DNA from: Ministeria vibrans ATCC 50519
Taxonomy: Eukaryota > Protista > Filasterea
NCBI GenBank assembly: GCA_943704425.1
Contig: CALSCP010000905.1
Location: 62,001-126,000, forward strand
Direction: 5' to 3'
Length of the DNA: 64,000 bases
Shown here: piece by piece, positions 39,928 through 53,264 of the stretch
Layout: every line of letters begins with the position of its first letter
Position numbering within the stretch: position 1 is the first letter of the stretch
Notes under the pieces: generated by a model
Databases searched by the model: none
Seen by the model: the letters and a program-made list of their open reading frames with translations, nothing else
What the model was told of the DNA's origin: nothing
Position numbers and translations under genes: made by a program

Positions 39928-42900
39928 TCACTTCTCTCCGCGCTTCGACGTCACCTTATTCCCAATCGACAGGGCAATTCCCTTGAAAACAAAAAGACAC
40001 ACACACACACACACACACACGCAAAAGTCAATATCTGGTTTCTCGTTGCTTTTTCCCACACTCACCTGAGTCTTTGCACGAATTCGCATGTGACCCATAA
40101 TCTTCCCATCGGCCAATCGTTCCAGACTCACATTCGCCAGTGCATCCTCACCAAAGATAGTCTACAGCAACAGCAACAAAAAATACCGATGAGAGATATT
40201 CACATGCACTTCGTTGCAAATTGACACACTTACGCGCGCAAAGAGATTGGCAGCAAGGAACTCACAGTCACCGGCAAGCATACTCTCGGGAGTGAGACAT
40301 GCCATGTTGGTAGCCTGGAGCAGACTCTGCAGCTGCTCGTACAACGTCTTGCCCGTCGACTCGACAATGACAAGGTTCTCCCATTCGTTCTCCTGCCACA
40401 GGTCACGGAACTCGGTGATGGAACAGTGCGCCGGCTCAAGGTAGTCCATCACGTCAATCTGAATGTCGTTGAGCACCACAATGTTACGATCGCTCGTAGA
40501 CCCCACAATCTATAGAGGCACACTAAGTTTAGAAACAAACGGCGACAACTACGTTTCTTTTCCACTTCTTACGTCGTAAACAATGTTTCCAAAGATAGCA
40601 CCCATCTCGATAGAGCTGACTTTGACTGTTGCCTTGATGTTGAGGAAGTCGTGTGGCGCCAGTGTCTGTGGCTGCGGTCGCTCCGACAGCTTCAAATCGC
40701 CTCGCGTGGCCATTTCCAGTGTCAGTCCCTACGAAACAGGAAAAGACAATTCGCAGATGAGCCAATATTGCCTTATGGTGTTGTTTATGTACTGACCTGA
40801 AGCGTGTCTGCAGTCTGGTTCACGACGAGCACATCGAGCAGAATGTCGTACTGGTTGACGTTGACGTATGCCTCAGCGTACACCGGATCAGAGAAACCCG
40901 TCAGTTGCAGAACCTACAATGAAATACTATTAAAACACACTCCCTCTTTGCACTCTCCCTCTCTCAGTCGTACGCGTGAAAGAGTGGTCGTGTCCGCCTT
41001 GTCCGCACGACCACCCGACTCGCCGGTGGCACGCAGCAGCGACTCCGCAAACTCATCGACACCGCCCTCATCGCGCTTCATGAGCTGCTGAATGGCAATA
41101 CAGTCGTCGGGATGCACGTCCACCACCACACGCTTTTCACCCGCAAGTGCACCTGATTCGCCATCGCTGTTTTTCTTGGCAGCCTCCTGGGCCGTCAGCA
41201 TTGCCGAGAAGGCCTCGCTGCACGACAAACAGAACATGGTTGCAATGCGCTCGCCGTCAGCATCACTTGTGCTTGTCAGAACCGAGGCACACACGCGCAG
41301 ACGGTACAGACTGTCTTCATCAATGCGTGACTTGGGCAACCCACTTGTACCTATCAAAAAAAATCAACAGATCAATTCCATTCAATTCATTCATTTTTTT
41401 ATATACCCAAGTGCATGACAGAGGCAATGACAGAGAGTGCCTCGGCGGCAAATCGGTTGCCCTCGGCAGCGGGAGCCACAGTGCGGTACTGAGTGGCAAT
41501 CTTGGTAAGGGTTGTGGCGAGGACGGCACCCGTAAAGAAGTCGCCATCGAGCAGAAGCTTGCGCAGCGGCGGATGTTGCTTGACGTCCGAAAGAAGTCCG
41601 CCGTGGTGGTGCGTCGACGCGGTGGGACGCATGGTCATGGCACTCTGCGTGATGTAAGTGCCGTCAGGTCCAATGAGGGTGCGCGCGGACTGCACGGGGG
41701 CCGCAGAGGAAGCGGAGGTGGGATCGTCTTCGCCGTTGACGGCTGCGGCAGCCTTGAGCTCCGCGTCGACAATGGGGAGAGTACCAATGGAGGCTCTGAT
41801 GGCGGCCATGATGTCGGCAACACCCGTGGCAGTCATTTCGCAGTACTCGCCGCAGATCCAGAGAGCGGCGCGCATCACGTCGCCTTTGCGCATGCGCTGG
41901 AAGCTCTCAAGGAGCTTCTCCATGACCGTGGGACGCATTCCTTCAAAACGCGCCATGACCTCACGCACAAAGCGGATCACATCCACCGACGAGTTGGACT
42001 TGTTCACTGCCAGGTGGTCCTGCGACGGCGCAGCCGTCTCATCCTCATCGTCACCCAAAAAATCCATCAGCAACGGCACGACAGCCGCAGCAACGTCGGG
42101 GAATCGCACGCCACACGTGTGCAGCGCACGCACCAGTGCCTGTCGGTACTCGCCCACTTTGTCTAAACAAAGAGAAACGACGTGATGAGCACGCTTGAAT
42201 ACATTCCCATTTTTTTCTTCTCGTTCTCCATACCGAAACTGTCGCTACCGTGGGTCTTACTGACCTCTTTCTTGAGCACCTGCACGACTTCGTCGACATT
42301 GCGGGGGGTCACCAGACGCATCACGACATCAAGAGTCTTCTTGCGCACTTCCACGTCGGATGCAGCCAACAGACGCATCACATCCATGGTCATTTCCTAA
42401 GAGGGAGAAGGATGAGTAAGACCACTCGTAGTAGACATTGGCTTACCTGAAGAGCGCGTTCGAGAGAGGGCTCATGGAGAAGATCAATGAGTCGATCCAA
42501 CACAATGAGTTTCACATTGTTATCGCTCTCTTTGATGATCAAATCAATGTACGCCTAAGTCGAAAAAAAAAAACAAGTCAGTCCTAGTATCGTATAGTTT
42601 TTTTTCTCACTCTCTCCATCACTCAGTTTCTTTCTGCCTAACCCCCCCCCTCTTTGTCATTCTAGCTCTTACCTGAGCGGACGCTTTGACCGCAGTTGGA
42701 GCATGTGAGATGCTGACGAGGGTCTTTGCGGCTTCGTAGCGCACAGCGGCACTGGAGGACTGCACAAGCTGGTAGACGACGCGGATGAACCGACCGCGTT
42801 CTTGAGGGTTCGCACGGCACACCTATTTAAAAATATATAGTAAGCACGGTCATTCTGACAGTGTGTTGTTCCAACTCTGACTTTGTAGATGAGTTCGACA

Positions 42901-44612
42901 ATGACAAGTTGCATGATGTCACTGAAGGTGTTCAGCTGATCGACGCAGGAGATAAGGTAGTCGAGGGCACGCTGCTGATCGACGTGGACGAGCATCATAA
43001 AGGCGTTGCGCTTGCATGAGGGGTCCTGCTCGGCAATGAGGAAGTTATGGACGAGCTCGGGTGCGTCGGGAATGAGCGTCTCTGTGTGTTTGAAGATGGT
43101 GAAGATGGCAAGGACGGCGTTGCGGCGCACGTAAGGGTGGCGGTGCTCAAGGCACTCGCGAATGCTTGGCATGACCGGCTCGAGCAACTCGGGCTGCTTG
43201 AGCTTGCACAGAAAGCGCAGTGTAGCGCCACGCACAAACTCATTGGGGTGCAGCAGGTCTTTGCGGTAGGCGTCGCACACAAGAATCATTTCGTGCAGCA
43301 ACTTGCCCTGCGCATCCGTCTTTGGTACCAGTTCCCAGTAGATCAGGAGCAGTTTCTTGATCATGTGATCCTGCATCAAGAGAAAGAGATTGTGGAGAAG
43401 AAAGAAACAAAGTGATCGAGAGGATCAGAGGAGAAAGAAACAAAGTAATAGAGAGGATCAGAGGAGAAAGAAACAAAGTAATAGAGAGATAGAGAAAGAA
43501 AAACAAAATAATAAAGAGAAGAAAGAGGGGAGCGTGTGTGGGTGTGTGGAAGGGAAAGGATGAATTAAAAGTCAATCCGTAAGAGTGAATCAAACATTCA
43601 ACACAACACACACAAACAAGACCACACAACAACAACAACAACAATAATAATAATAATAAGAAAGAGCAAGTCGCGGCGCACACACACATACACACACATA
43701 CATACCTTGCAGGGCATGACAAAGCGAATGACAGACATGAGCGTGGTGGGAAACTTCTCGCCGTTGATCATAAGCTGAATGAGTGTCTTGAGTGCCATTC
43801 GCTTCACTTCCTCCTTGGGAGACTCAAAGTCCTTCTTGAGCTGTTGCTCCGAGGGTGCGTCGCCGTCAAGCGCGACGTTCATAAGCGTGTAACAGGGCGG
43901 AGCGGCAGCTGAGTGGTGACGAGAGGAGAGAGAGAAAAAAAAAATATATTATTATATCATAACTGTCTTTCAAACGGTCAACGAAGATAATATCGACACA
44001 TCGGGGGCGGGGCATGTGGATATCTCAACGCGTCTGGTTCACATGGGGACACGGCCAGGCGAGCAGCGATGCGTGGCAGCTCCAACACGACAAGATAAAA
44101 AAAAAAAAAAAAAAAAAAAAACGAGAGACGTTTTGGCAAACGCACTTAGGAAAAAAAAAGGAGGAGAGGAAGAGCGCATCAGATGGTACGATGGAGAGAA
44201 GTGAAGAGAGGGCGAGAGAGGAGAGGAGAGGGAATGGACGGTGGGCGTTTGGGAGAGAAGACGATTGACGAGAGGAGTGGAACACTTTTTCAAGAATAAA
44301 CCGCTCAACGAGGGCTCAATAGAGCCACATGAGAGAGAAAGGGGAGAACGAGCGAAGGGGGGCATGTTGGTGGATGGGTTGGGAGCGCAGAGGCGAGGCG
44401 AGGAGGGCGGTGGAGCGCAGTTGGTCGACGCACGTCTCTCCGGACAAGCCAGACGATCAGCTGAGGGCAGCGAGGCGGGGAGGCAGCACACCCAGACTAG
44501 GCTGAGACTGCAGCATGCCGAAGAGTGGGGTGCCATGAAAAACGAACCAGAGCGGATGCACAATGATAAGCCCATTTTTTGGTCAACGTTAACGTCAATC
44601 CTGCTTACCCAT
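39928..44612 (-). CDS. COPB1: Coatomer subunit beta
   Basis: ATG G|intron|[12 protein letters not shown]; [94 protein letters not shown]. Confidence 0.98.
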
Positions 44613-44825
44613 GGCGTCAAGTCGACTGCGCAAAGGAAATGCAATGTACACAAAGGGACGAAGAAAAGAATGAGAAAACTGAAAAGAAAAAGAAAAAGAT
44701 ACGATTGGCGATTAACAAATAATAACGATTGTGACTGCTTTAGATAAAACAGTCTTCATTGGGTCTTCATTGGCGAATACAGTCTCAGGTAACACAGTAA
44801 ATGTTACGGTTCAGGATGATTCTAG

Positions 44826-45129
44826 TCAATCCACTTGCCACTACAGAGAAAAAAAAGAGAGAGGCAGAGCGGAAGAGAGAACGAGTGAGAGACGAATCAT
44901 ATGCATATCATATGTCGGTAAGTTCTTACCCGCATTGCTCCTGTGTTGCCTCTTGACGCGATTTCTGCCGCCTCTTGAGCCTTGGCTGCCTTGGCCTGTC
45001 TTCTGGCAAGTCCCTGTGGATCCTTGATGCCCCGCTGACTCGCAGCCGTCGCTCTTTCTTCAGCGGCCTTTCTCGCCCTCTCACGCCTCTCCTCGGCCAA
45101 CGGCGTGCGCTCCTCGTCAGTGCCACCGC
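44826..45129 (-). CDS. SVIP: Small VCP/p97-interacting protein; 5' end lost at gap
   Basis: EERRERARKAAEERATAASQRGIKDPQ (VIM-like R-x5-AA-x2-R) and spliced C-terminus GAMR|WQVD*. Confidence 0.75.
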
Positions 45130-45149
45130 NNNNNNTATTACTTACAATC

Positions 45150-48099
45150 ATGTCATTTGTCAAAAAACTCAAACGGCGCAGCGCCATAGCGGCCGCGGCG
45201 TCTGCCGCTGCTGCGGCCGAGAGCGAGCTTCGCGAAGATCGTTTCGAACGAAACTTACAAGGTCCCATCACATCCCATCCCATCACGGCCCTTCCGCCTC
45301 TGACGCACGCTGTGTAGAGTTCTCCTTCCTTGAGAGCTCCACAGGTCGCCTTGAAGCGGCCATCGAGGGCTTTCTGACGGCGACAGAGGAGATGGCAAAA
45401 AGCACAGCAAAACTTGGCGATGAGTTCCTCGCCAACTTCCACGGGACGCCTCTGTGGGAGCTGTGCATCCGGGAGCATGTAGTGCTGGACCAGCTGCGCC
45501 AAGAACAACTAAAGCTGTCCAAGTATATGAAGCAGACGGTAAGTTTGTGTGTTCTTAACTTCATTCCCATATTTCCTTGTCGTTTTCTTTTTTCTCTTTT
45601 TCCCCTCTCCTTCTCATTTCTCATTCTTTGTAGGTTCTTGCGCCCATTGCATACTTTACGTCACTCATCGACGAGCCGCGCCAGCTGATGACGGAGTGTA
45701 TGGCGCTCAAGAAGGGGGACATGGCGTCAAGCGACGCACTCAGTCGGCTTACGGCCAAACAGACTGACTTTGACGCACTGGTGACGCGCCTGCGCGAGCG
45801 ACGCGTCCAAACGGTCGGGCCGTGTGTGCCGCTCTTTATGCAAGGCAAAATGGAACTGCTTCGAGCCAGTCTTGGCGTCGTCTCGCCCTTTTGCGATGAA
45901 TTTGTCTCTCGTTGCGACTTCCTTCGCGAGGACACCCAGTCCAAAGCCGTCTCGCACGCCACCATCGACTGGCTCTCGGCTGCCAGTGGGGTTTCACGCG
46001 AACCCGATGGCAACACTCTGATGGGTTCTCGACAACCGCACGAGCATCACATTGATTCGTTCACGACAACTCCTGGCGGTATTCATCGACGCCGTGTGCT
46101 CACCGATGCCGACTTGAACGACCTCATTTCCCTTCAGAAGAACAAACGCCTATCCTCCTCTTCCTCATCATCTAACAACAGCAACAACAACAGTCGCAGC
46201 AGCATCAGCAACAAGGTGCTGTTACCACCAAACGAAATGGACTCACGCAAGCGCTCGTCGAGCTCTCATCGTCTCGAGAAAATGCGCTCACTCGACGCAA
46301 AGCTTCGCGAGGAAATCCACCTGTTCTGCACACGTCTCGACGCCCTTGACGGACCTCCCCAGCACCCACATACGCATGAAATTCGCACGGGGTTTGCATA
46401 CAATGTGGCTGGAATGGATTTGGCGTTGCGTGACTGTGTCAGTGATGGGGAGCGCAAACTGGCAGTGCAGTTGTTTGCACAGTCGCTCAACGATCGCACT
46501 GTGATGAAGGCACGACTGGCAACGGATCTTCCACGGCAGCGCATGACCATTGGCACACGGTCGTTTGCACCGGTCGTCTCCGACCGAGAGCGCACTGCCA
46601 ATGCTCAGGCGAAGGTGCGTGCGGCGTGGGCACTGCTCGCCGAGCACAACGCAGCCCTTGTAAGTGCATCCGAGTCTAACCATAGACAAAGCGCCGCTCT
46701 CGATCACTATCTTGTCTCACTGCTTCACGAGGCAACCACCTCGGTTGCCCTCAACTCGTGCCGTGTGGCCCTTCAGCTTCTTGTGGGTCTACGTGACATT
46801 GTCTATGTGCGTCCTCTCTCGTACGATCCCACAGTGCGCACTGATCTGCAGTTTGACGGTCCCACTGCGCATCTTACCGTCACCATGGCATGGGAACTTA
46901 CCGAAGACGCGCGCCAGAATGCCGCCGTTGGCCGCCCTACCGACGCCAAGAGCCCCACAGCCCCACTCGCCATGTACGACACTTCCTTCTCTCTCTCGTC
47001 CAACCTGGAGCACTACCTTCGTCTTCACTCCGAATCCACTACGCCACTGAGTCGAAGCAGTAGTTTCAACTGCGTTACCACAGCTGGCAGCAGCAGCAGC
47101 AGCAGCAGCATCAGCAGCAGCAGCACGCCCAGCGCCGCCTCCACCTTTCTCCTTGCAGCCGTCGACGGACTTCCCATCGTGCGCATCACTCGTCGCCACC
47201 AGCGCACAAACCCACTTCACGAGCAAGAGATGCTCACTCAACTGCGCGCCTCCGAAACTTCCACTACCCCGATTCCCGTCGCCTCCTATGCTACCGCAGT
47301 GCGTCGCTCCTTTGAGTCTGACTCCAACGATGAAAGCAACAGCAACGCCAACCGCGACTCGCCTGTCTTCTCCCCTCCCACACAGCCTCGCCCCTCCCTC
47401 CTTCCTTCCCCAATCCTTCCTTTCTCCTCTTCCTCCACATCAATATCCTCCGCTGACATTGTTGCCTTTTCCGCTTCCCTTCCAATGTCCACTACCTTCC
47501 CAACAACAGCCCATGTCCCGCAACCACAGTCACAGTCACAGCCACAGTCACAGTCACAGCCACAGTCACAGTCACATTCACAATCACAGTCACAGTCACA
47601 GTCACAATCACAGTCACAGCCACAGTCACAGTCACAATCACAGTCACAGCCACAACCACAGCCACAGCTACAACTACAGTCACAGCTACAGCTACAGTCA
47701 CAACCACAGTCACAACCACAGTCACAGCCACAGCTACAGGCTCCCTTTGCAACCATTCCCCTTCCCGCTCCCTTCAATCCTCTCTCGGCCCTTCCCATGT
47801 TTCAACCGCACACTGCCCCTCCTCCACCCTTCCCTGCCTCTACCACTCCCTCCTCCCTTCCCGCCTTTGACTCTCTCCCTCCACTCCCCACCTCTCTCCC
47901 TCAATCCGCCACAATCCACACTCCAATCGACCCTATGCAGCTGCTCTTCACCTCCATACCCGCTCCAACTCCCTCTCCTCCCGCAACAAGCACAACTCCG
48001 ACATCATCCGTCAATGTCGCCTTGCGTGACATTCTCGAGGCCCCCATCGACCAAATACCCTCCATTTCATCCATTCAGTTGCGCGAATCCTTTGAATAA
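45150..48099 (+). CDS. Uncharacterised protein: N-terminal helical (BAR-like) domain, unknown central domain, QS/Pro-rich tail
   Basis: Three exons join in frame. EDRFERNLQ|EFSFLESSTGRL...EEMAKSTAKLGDEF...YMKQT|VLAPIAYF resembles BAR helices. Long exon runs to TAA at 48099. Confidence 0.55.
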
Positions 48100-48212
48100 G
48101 AATTGCGAATCCTTTGATAATATTTAGTATGATAATTGTACAAGCACATGATTATTCATTAATAATTTGTTATTAGTACTTCTTTGCAAACTGTAACGAG
48201 TAACGCACTCCA

Positions 48213-51200
48213 ATGCCTGTCGGCCTGGGAAACGCACAGCGCAAGATCTGCCTGATCCTGTACGCGCTGGGCGGCGAGCAGTCCGGCGTGCCCGTTTCCG
48301 CAGTGCGTCTCGAAAAGGAGCTCCTCGAACGATTCAAACTGCGCCTCAAAACGCTCAACGGGATCTTGCGCCACGAAGGCAAAGACACCGTTGAGAGACA
48401 GTCGACGGATCTCTTTGTGGTACGCCTCGGAAGCCGCACAATGCCCATTTCCATCGAATTCACCGAAACGAATTTCTTTTTTGTATCATTTCTCTGAAAC
48501 AGACATCGGGCTCTACGACTGCCACGACGTACACACTAACACCCGAGGGTGTCGCCGTTGCCCTGCGGGCCCTTGCGAAGGAGAAGAACCCCAAGCTCGC
48601 AATGCAGAAGAAGAATATCGCGGGACTGTTCGCAATGGCAGACAGCACAAGCACAGGCGCAAACGCAAACCCAAACGCAAACTCAAACGCGAACGCAGAC
48701 GCAGACGCAGACGCAGACACAGACGCAGACGCAGACGCAGACGCACACTCGGCGCCATCGACGGCCGCGCCGACCCCGCCGACATTGTCGCGAGACGACG
48801 CGGCTCAATTGCAGCGTGCGGGTAGCGCTGACGCAGCAACCAGCGGCAGTGCTAGCGGGAGCATGACAACAGTCGACGCTGCTGCTGCTGCTGCTGCTTC
48901 TTCTTCTTCTTCTTCTTCTTCTTCAGCCACAGTTCCATTTCTCACGCGTGCCAGTAGTAATTCTTCTCCGACACCTGTTGCCACAGCACCCACTTCCGGT
49001 GCAATCCCGACCACCTCAACCGCAGTCCCGTTTCTCACACGTGCTGGTAGTACTCCTTCTTCTACTACACCTGTTGCCGCAGCACCAACGGCCGACAAGT
49101 CTCCCAAGGAAAAGACCAAGGCGACAAAGGAAAAGCCAGCCAAGCTGAAACGCAAGGACTCCACCTCAATACTTATGGAAAAGGCGCTCTACATGCTACA
49201 GCGAAACCTCACAGGCTCATCGACAGTGCAATCGATGGAGCGCACCCTGTCCCGCAACACTCATCTGGCACAGGTTATCCCGGCTATTGCAAAACACTAC
49301 GGCTCCTTCCAGAACTTCTTGATGCTCCACGGCGACAAGGAATTCACTATAGAGGAGCCGTCCAAGCGCGTCCGTGTCAACGTTACCCCACACCGTCTCT
49401 TCCGTCGTGTTTTCTCGCACCTTTTTGTCTATGGTGGTCCCGAACGCGACCCCATTTCCGTCAAACACGTCTTTGGCGTTGTCTTCAACGAAATGAGTGA
49501 CTTGCGCCCCTTTGCCCGCTCCGAAGTCGACCAAATCGCCTTCCTCCAGAAACACCCTTTTATCTTCCACCTCTCCGCCAACAACACCGCCGTTGCGCTC
49601 ACGCGCACTGCCATTGCCCAACGCGATCCCAAAGTCTTCTCCACTGCCATTACACCGTCCGCATCTTCCAAACCCACCGCGGCGACACCGGCATCAACAA
49701 AAATAGCTGCAGTAGCAGGAGTACCAGCGGTACAAGCGGCACCAGCAGCAGCGACTCCCGTTGTTGCCCTCGAGACCACCAGGGAACTCTCCTTCTCCCC
49801 TCCTCCGCCAAAGCCGCACTTTCCCCCTTCGATCAAACCCGTGTCATCTTCTACTATCGCCACCACATCTTCTACTTCCACTACAACTACTACAACTACT
49901 CCACCACCACCCCACCCACTTGTACCCTCTTCTTCCTCTCCCACGCAGCCACAGTCACAGTCTCAACCACCACCAGGCGTTGTTGTTATCGACTCTCTCT
50001 CTGCATCTCGTACTAAAAGCAACACAAGAAACCCCCCATTATTCTGCCATCTGTCTCAAAACGGGTTTCTTTCTTCTTTTTTTCTTTTTCAGGCCAAATT
50101 GTGCACGAGCACCTTCTCAAAAGCACTCGGGTGACACTGTCGTACACGATAGCCCCACACCACAACACCTCTACTACAGCTTCTGCAGTCCCGTGTTTGG
50201 CCGCCGTGCACGTTGGTGTCGACCACACCAACACTGTCTATGTCTTTGATGTGCTCTCCTGCGGTCGTTGTCTCTTTGTCAATGATAATTCGGGTGGGGC
50301 ACTCTCTCTTCTATTGGCTTCATCTCAAGTTGTACGTTTCATCTTTATACCATGGCATGTTGGTGGTGTGTACTCACACATTGTTGTGGGCGTTGCAGGT
50401 TAAAATCGTCCACGACTGTCGAGCACTGTCGCATATGCTTTTCTACACATATGCCACGGTGCTTCGCTGTGTCTTTGACACCCAAATCGCCCACCATTTT
50501 ACTCAACTCTGCCCACCAGATTCACCCACCACACAAACCAATCTCGCCATGAATACCACAACAACAACAACAACAACAACAGCAACAACTAGTAGTAGTA
50601 GTAGTAGTACTACTGTTGCTGGTGCATCCAATCCTGACGCCGTTCTTGATCCTCTGCTGGATTTCTATTCGACACTCTCTGCGTATACACTCAAAAGGGG
50701 GAACACATATTTCTCCCATATTTTTCCACGCACACACACACACACTGACTCTCCCTCCCTTTCATTTATTCTCTGATAGGCATGGAATGAGCAGTTCGGC
50801 TGAGCAACTGCGCATCATTGACTCCGAGTGCGACAGTGACCCTCTAATGTGGCTCAAACGTCCTTTTTCCATCGCACTACTCAAAAGGATTCGTCTAGAA
50901 ATGCTCATTACGGTACACACACTTCTACCAAGTTACTGTTGTATACCAAAAATATGTTTAATTCATGCCAATCGTGCAAACCCTAACAATCATTCGCTCA
51001 TTTCTTTAATAATCAGTCGGTCGTCCATTCATTTCTCCACAACCGTTATTTCACTCATTCATATTATAGCTCTTTCACACTGCTTACTTCCCCTCTGCTT
51101 GCTTACCCACAATCTATCGCTTAGACTTCCCTTTACAACTGGCTACACCCCTTTGCGTCTCTTCATCGCGACGCATTTGATCTCTGGTGCGATCGCCATT

Positions 51201-51729
51201 TGAACCTCAACAGAAAATTTGAAGTAACCTCCCCCCGAAAAAAAAAGATTAGGTTTCAAATACTTTTTTTTGGCACAATGTCTGTTTTGTGCAATAGGAA
51301 TTCTTTGTGTCGTTGCGACTGTTTGAGGGCGAATCTATCGTGTTGCCGTATTCAGAGGATCTTTCAACTCAAAACACTTTGGAAATGGCGCAATCAGCCT
51401 TTCAACACTCAATTGACCGTTTGAAACAGGTTGGAAATCACACAACCAGAATCGTTTCAAACTTAACGCTTGCTTGCATTTATTTCTTTCTCCTTCAGAT
51501 TCTTCCAAATGCTCTGTCTGACTCTCTTGATCATCTCGAGCCAAATTGTGTTGAGCAGGTCACACAAACACACCCTCAATTACCAATCCTAATTTTGGTC
51601 GTATTTCGTGTAGAATCTGATGAAGATTGTGATGAAAAATGGCTCCACGACAAAACTTATTTTGAGAACAAACGACGCAAACGAGTAAGATATTAAAAAT
51701 AATAATAATAGAAAAATAAATGTATGTAT

Positions 51730-51775
<46 letters not shown>

Positions 51776-51812
51776 TTATAATATTATAATTATTTTTATA
51801 ATAATAATAATA

Positions 51813-51853
<41 letters not shown>

Positions 51854-53213
51854 CATTAATAGTTATAATAATAATTATTATTATTATTATTATTATTTTC
51901 ATCATTATTAATTTTATTATTCTCCTTATCGTACTGGTTGTTCCATTTAGGTTTAGTATATCAGCTCGTTCATTGGATGAAGGAGGTGTATTTACGCAAG
52001 AGACACTGCGGAGTGTGCGGGATAATCCGGTGGTCTTGGGCGCACGCACTGGCACAGCGGGCACCAGTCGTGTGTTGCACATCAACGGGACTCTCCATAC
52101 CATTCAGGTGTGACGGCTTTCTTTGTTGACTTTCTCCCTCCTGTTTCTCTCTCACACATATCCATCTCTGTAGTCGGCTGAGTTTGCCAATGGAACCATT
52201 CAGAGTCTGACCATTCTGATACAGCGTTGGATTCATCAAACGTCGCAGATTGTGTGTGATCATCTCGTTCCGTCTGTGCGTCCACAGTCAACCGACTCCA
52301 TTCTTATTTGCGGCGCTCCACTCAGCGGCAAAACCACTCTGTACACCGCACAACATCAGCAATGACGTACATTCACCTAAAAAAAACGCTCATTCCCCGT
52401 CTCTTGTTTAGTCTTCGCGATCTTGTACGCTCCGTTTCGTCGCAAGCAGGCGCAGCGCTGCGCGACACGTGCATCATTGACACGCTGGGCACTCTCTGTG
52501 GGGATGCGCACCCTCACCCCTTTTGTGAAAATGTCGCTTCCGTCGTTCAGGTCACAGCGCCCGAAAACCAACCGAAGGTTAGCAAATGTCGCACATGTCA
52601 CACCACACGGCTGCTCTTTTTGTAACCCCACCTATGCTTTTGTTTACTTTGTTTCGTTAGGCGATTCGCAATTTGCTCAGCTCTCAAGCGCCGCACACTC
52701 TCATTGTCGGCTCAGTGTTGACGCACGAAGATGTGTCTGCACTCTGTGCGGCACGTCAGAAAGGAATCAGAGTCATTGCGATTGTGCCCGTCGACACACT
52801 GTAAGTGTATCTGCCGCATGTTTTTCTCACTCAACGCATCACAAACTATGATTAGATACCGTTTGGCTCACACAGCTGTATACCATCCTCTGCTGGGTCT
52901 CTCTGTTACATCCTCTTCCATCACTCCTCCTCCCCCTACGCAACTGCGCCAGACAGGCTCTGTCCTCTTCAACACGGTTGTACAAACTCTTTCCCCCAAT
53001 CGAGCCAGTACGATTCACAATCAAGAAAGAAAGACCTGACTGTCGTTGTTTTTCTCTTTTTTTTTCGATAAACTAGTTGTCATGAGTCCCTTTGCGCTTT
53101 ACCTCTCATCGCTCATTCTCAACACTTCATGCACTGCCGAATTACGTGTGAACAAACCCCAACTCTCACTTGTTGAATGTACCGGTGTTTCAGTGGGCCC
53201 TGAACAACAATAA
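48213..53213 (+). CDS. Fusion protein: three winged-helix/LOTUS-like domains, EXD1/Egalitarian-type 3'-5' exonuclease-like domain (inactive) and ycf45/SpoIIIAA-like P-loop domain
   Basis: 15 GT-AG exons join in frame: 48213-48419, 48503-50009, 50093-50331, 50399-50682, 50780-50912, 51125-51223, 51298-51429, 51499-51558, 51614-51684, 51951/51957-52107, 52174-52340, 52412-52577, 52661-52800, 52856-53007, 53077-53213. Motifs: YVFDVL, KIVHDCR, VFDTQIAH, WLKRPFS, INGTLHTI, SILICGAPLSGKTTLLRD, IIDT...GDAHPHP. Confidence 0.75.
51731..51897. repeat. (TAA)n/(TTA)n microsatellite intron, including head-to-head inverted arrays
   Basis: Direct trinucleotide runs; a similar array lies at 55722-55812. Confidence 0.95.
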
Positions 53214-53264
53214 GAAAATAAAAATCTAATACAGATTTTGAAACCCAAAATAATCGTGCTAGCT

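Noticed and set aside
47286-47798. Cys-rich (CD/CG)n ORF resembling metallothionein
   Set aside because: It is the antisense of the (QS/QP)n tract.
50690-50780. Apparent non-canonical splice donor in the fusion gene
   Set aside because: A canonical GT at 50683 gives an in-frame join.
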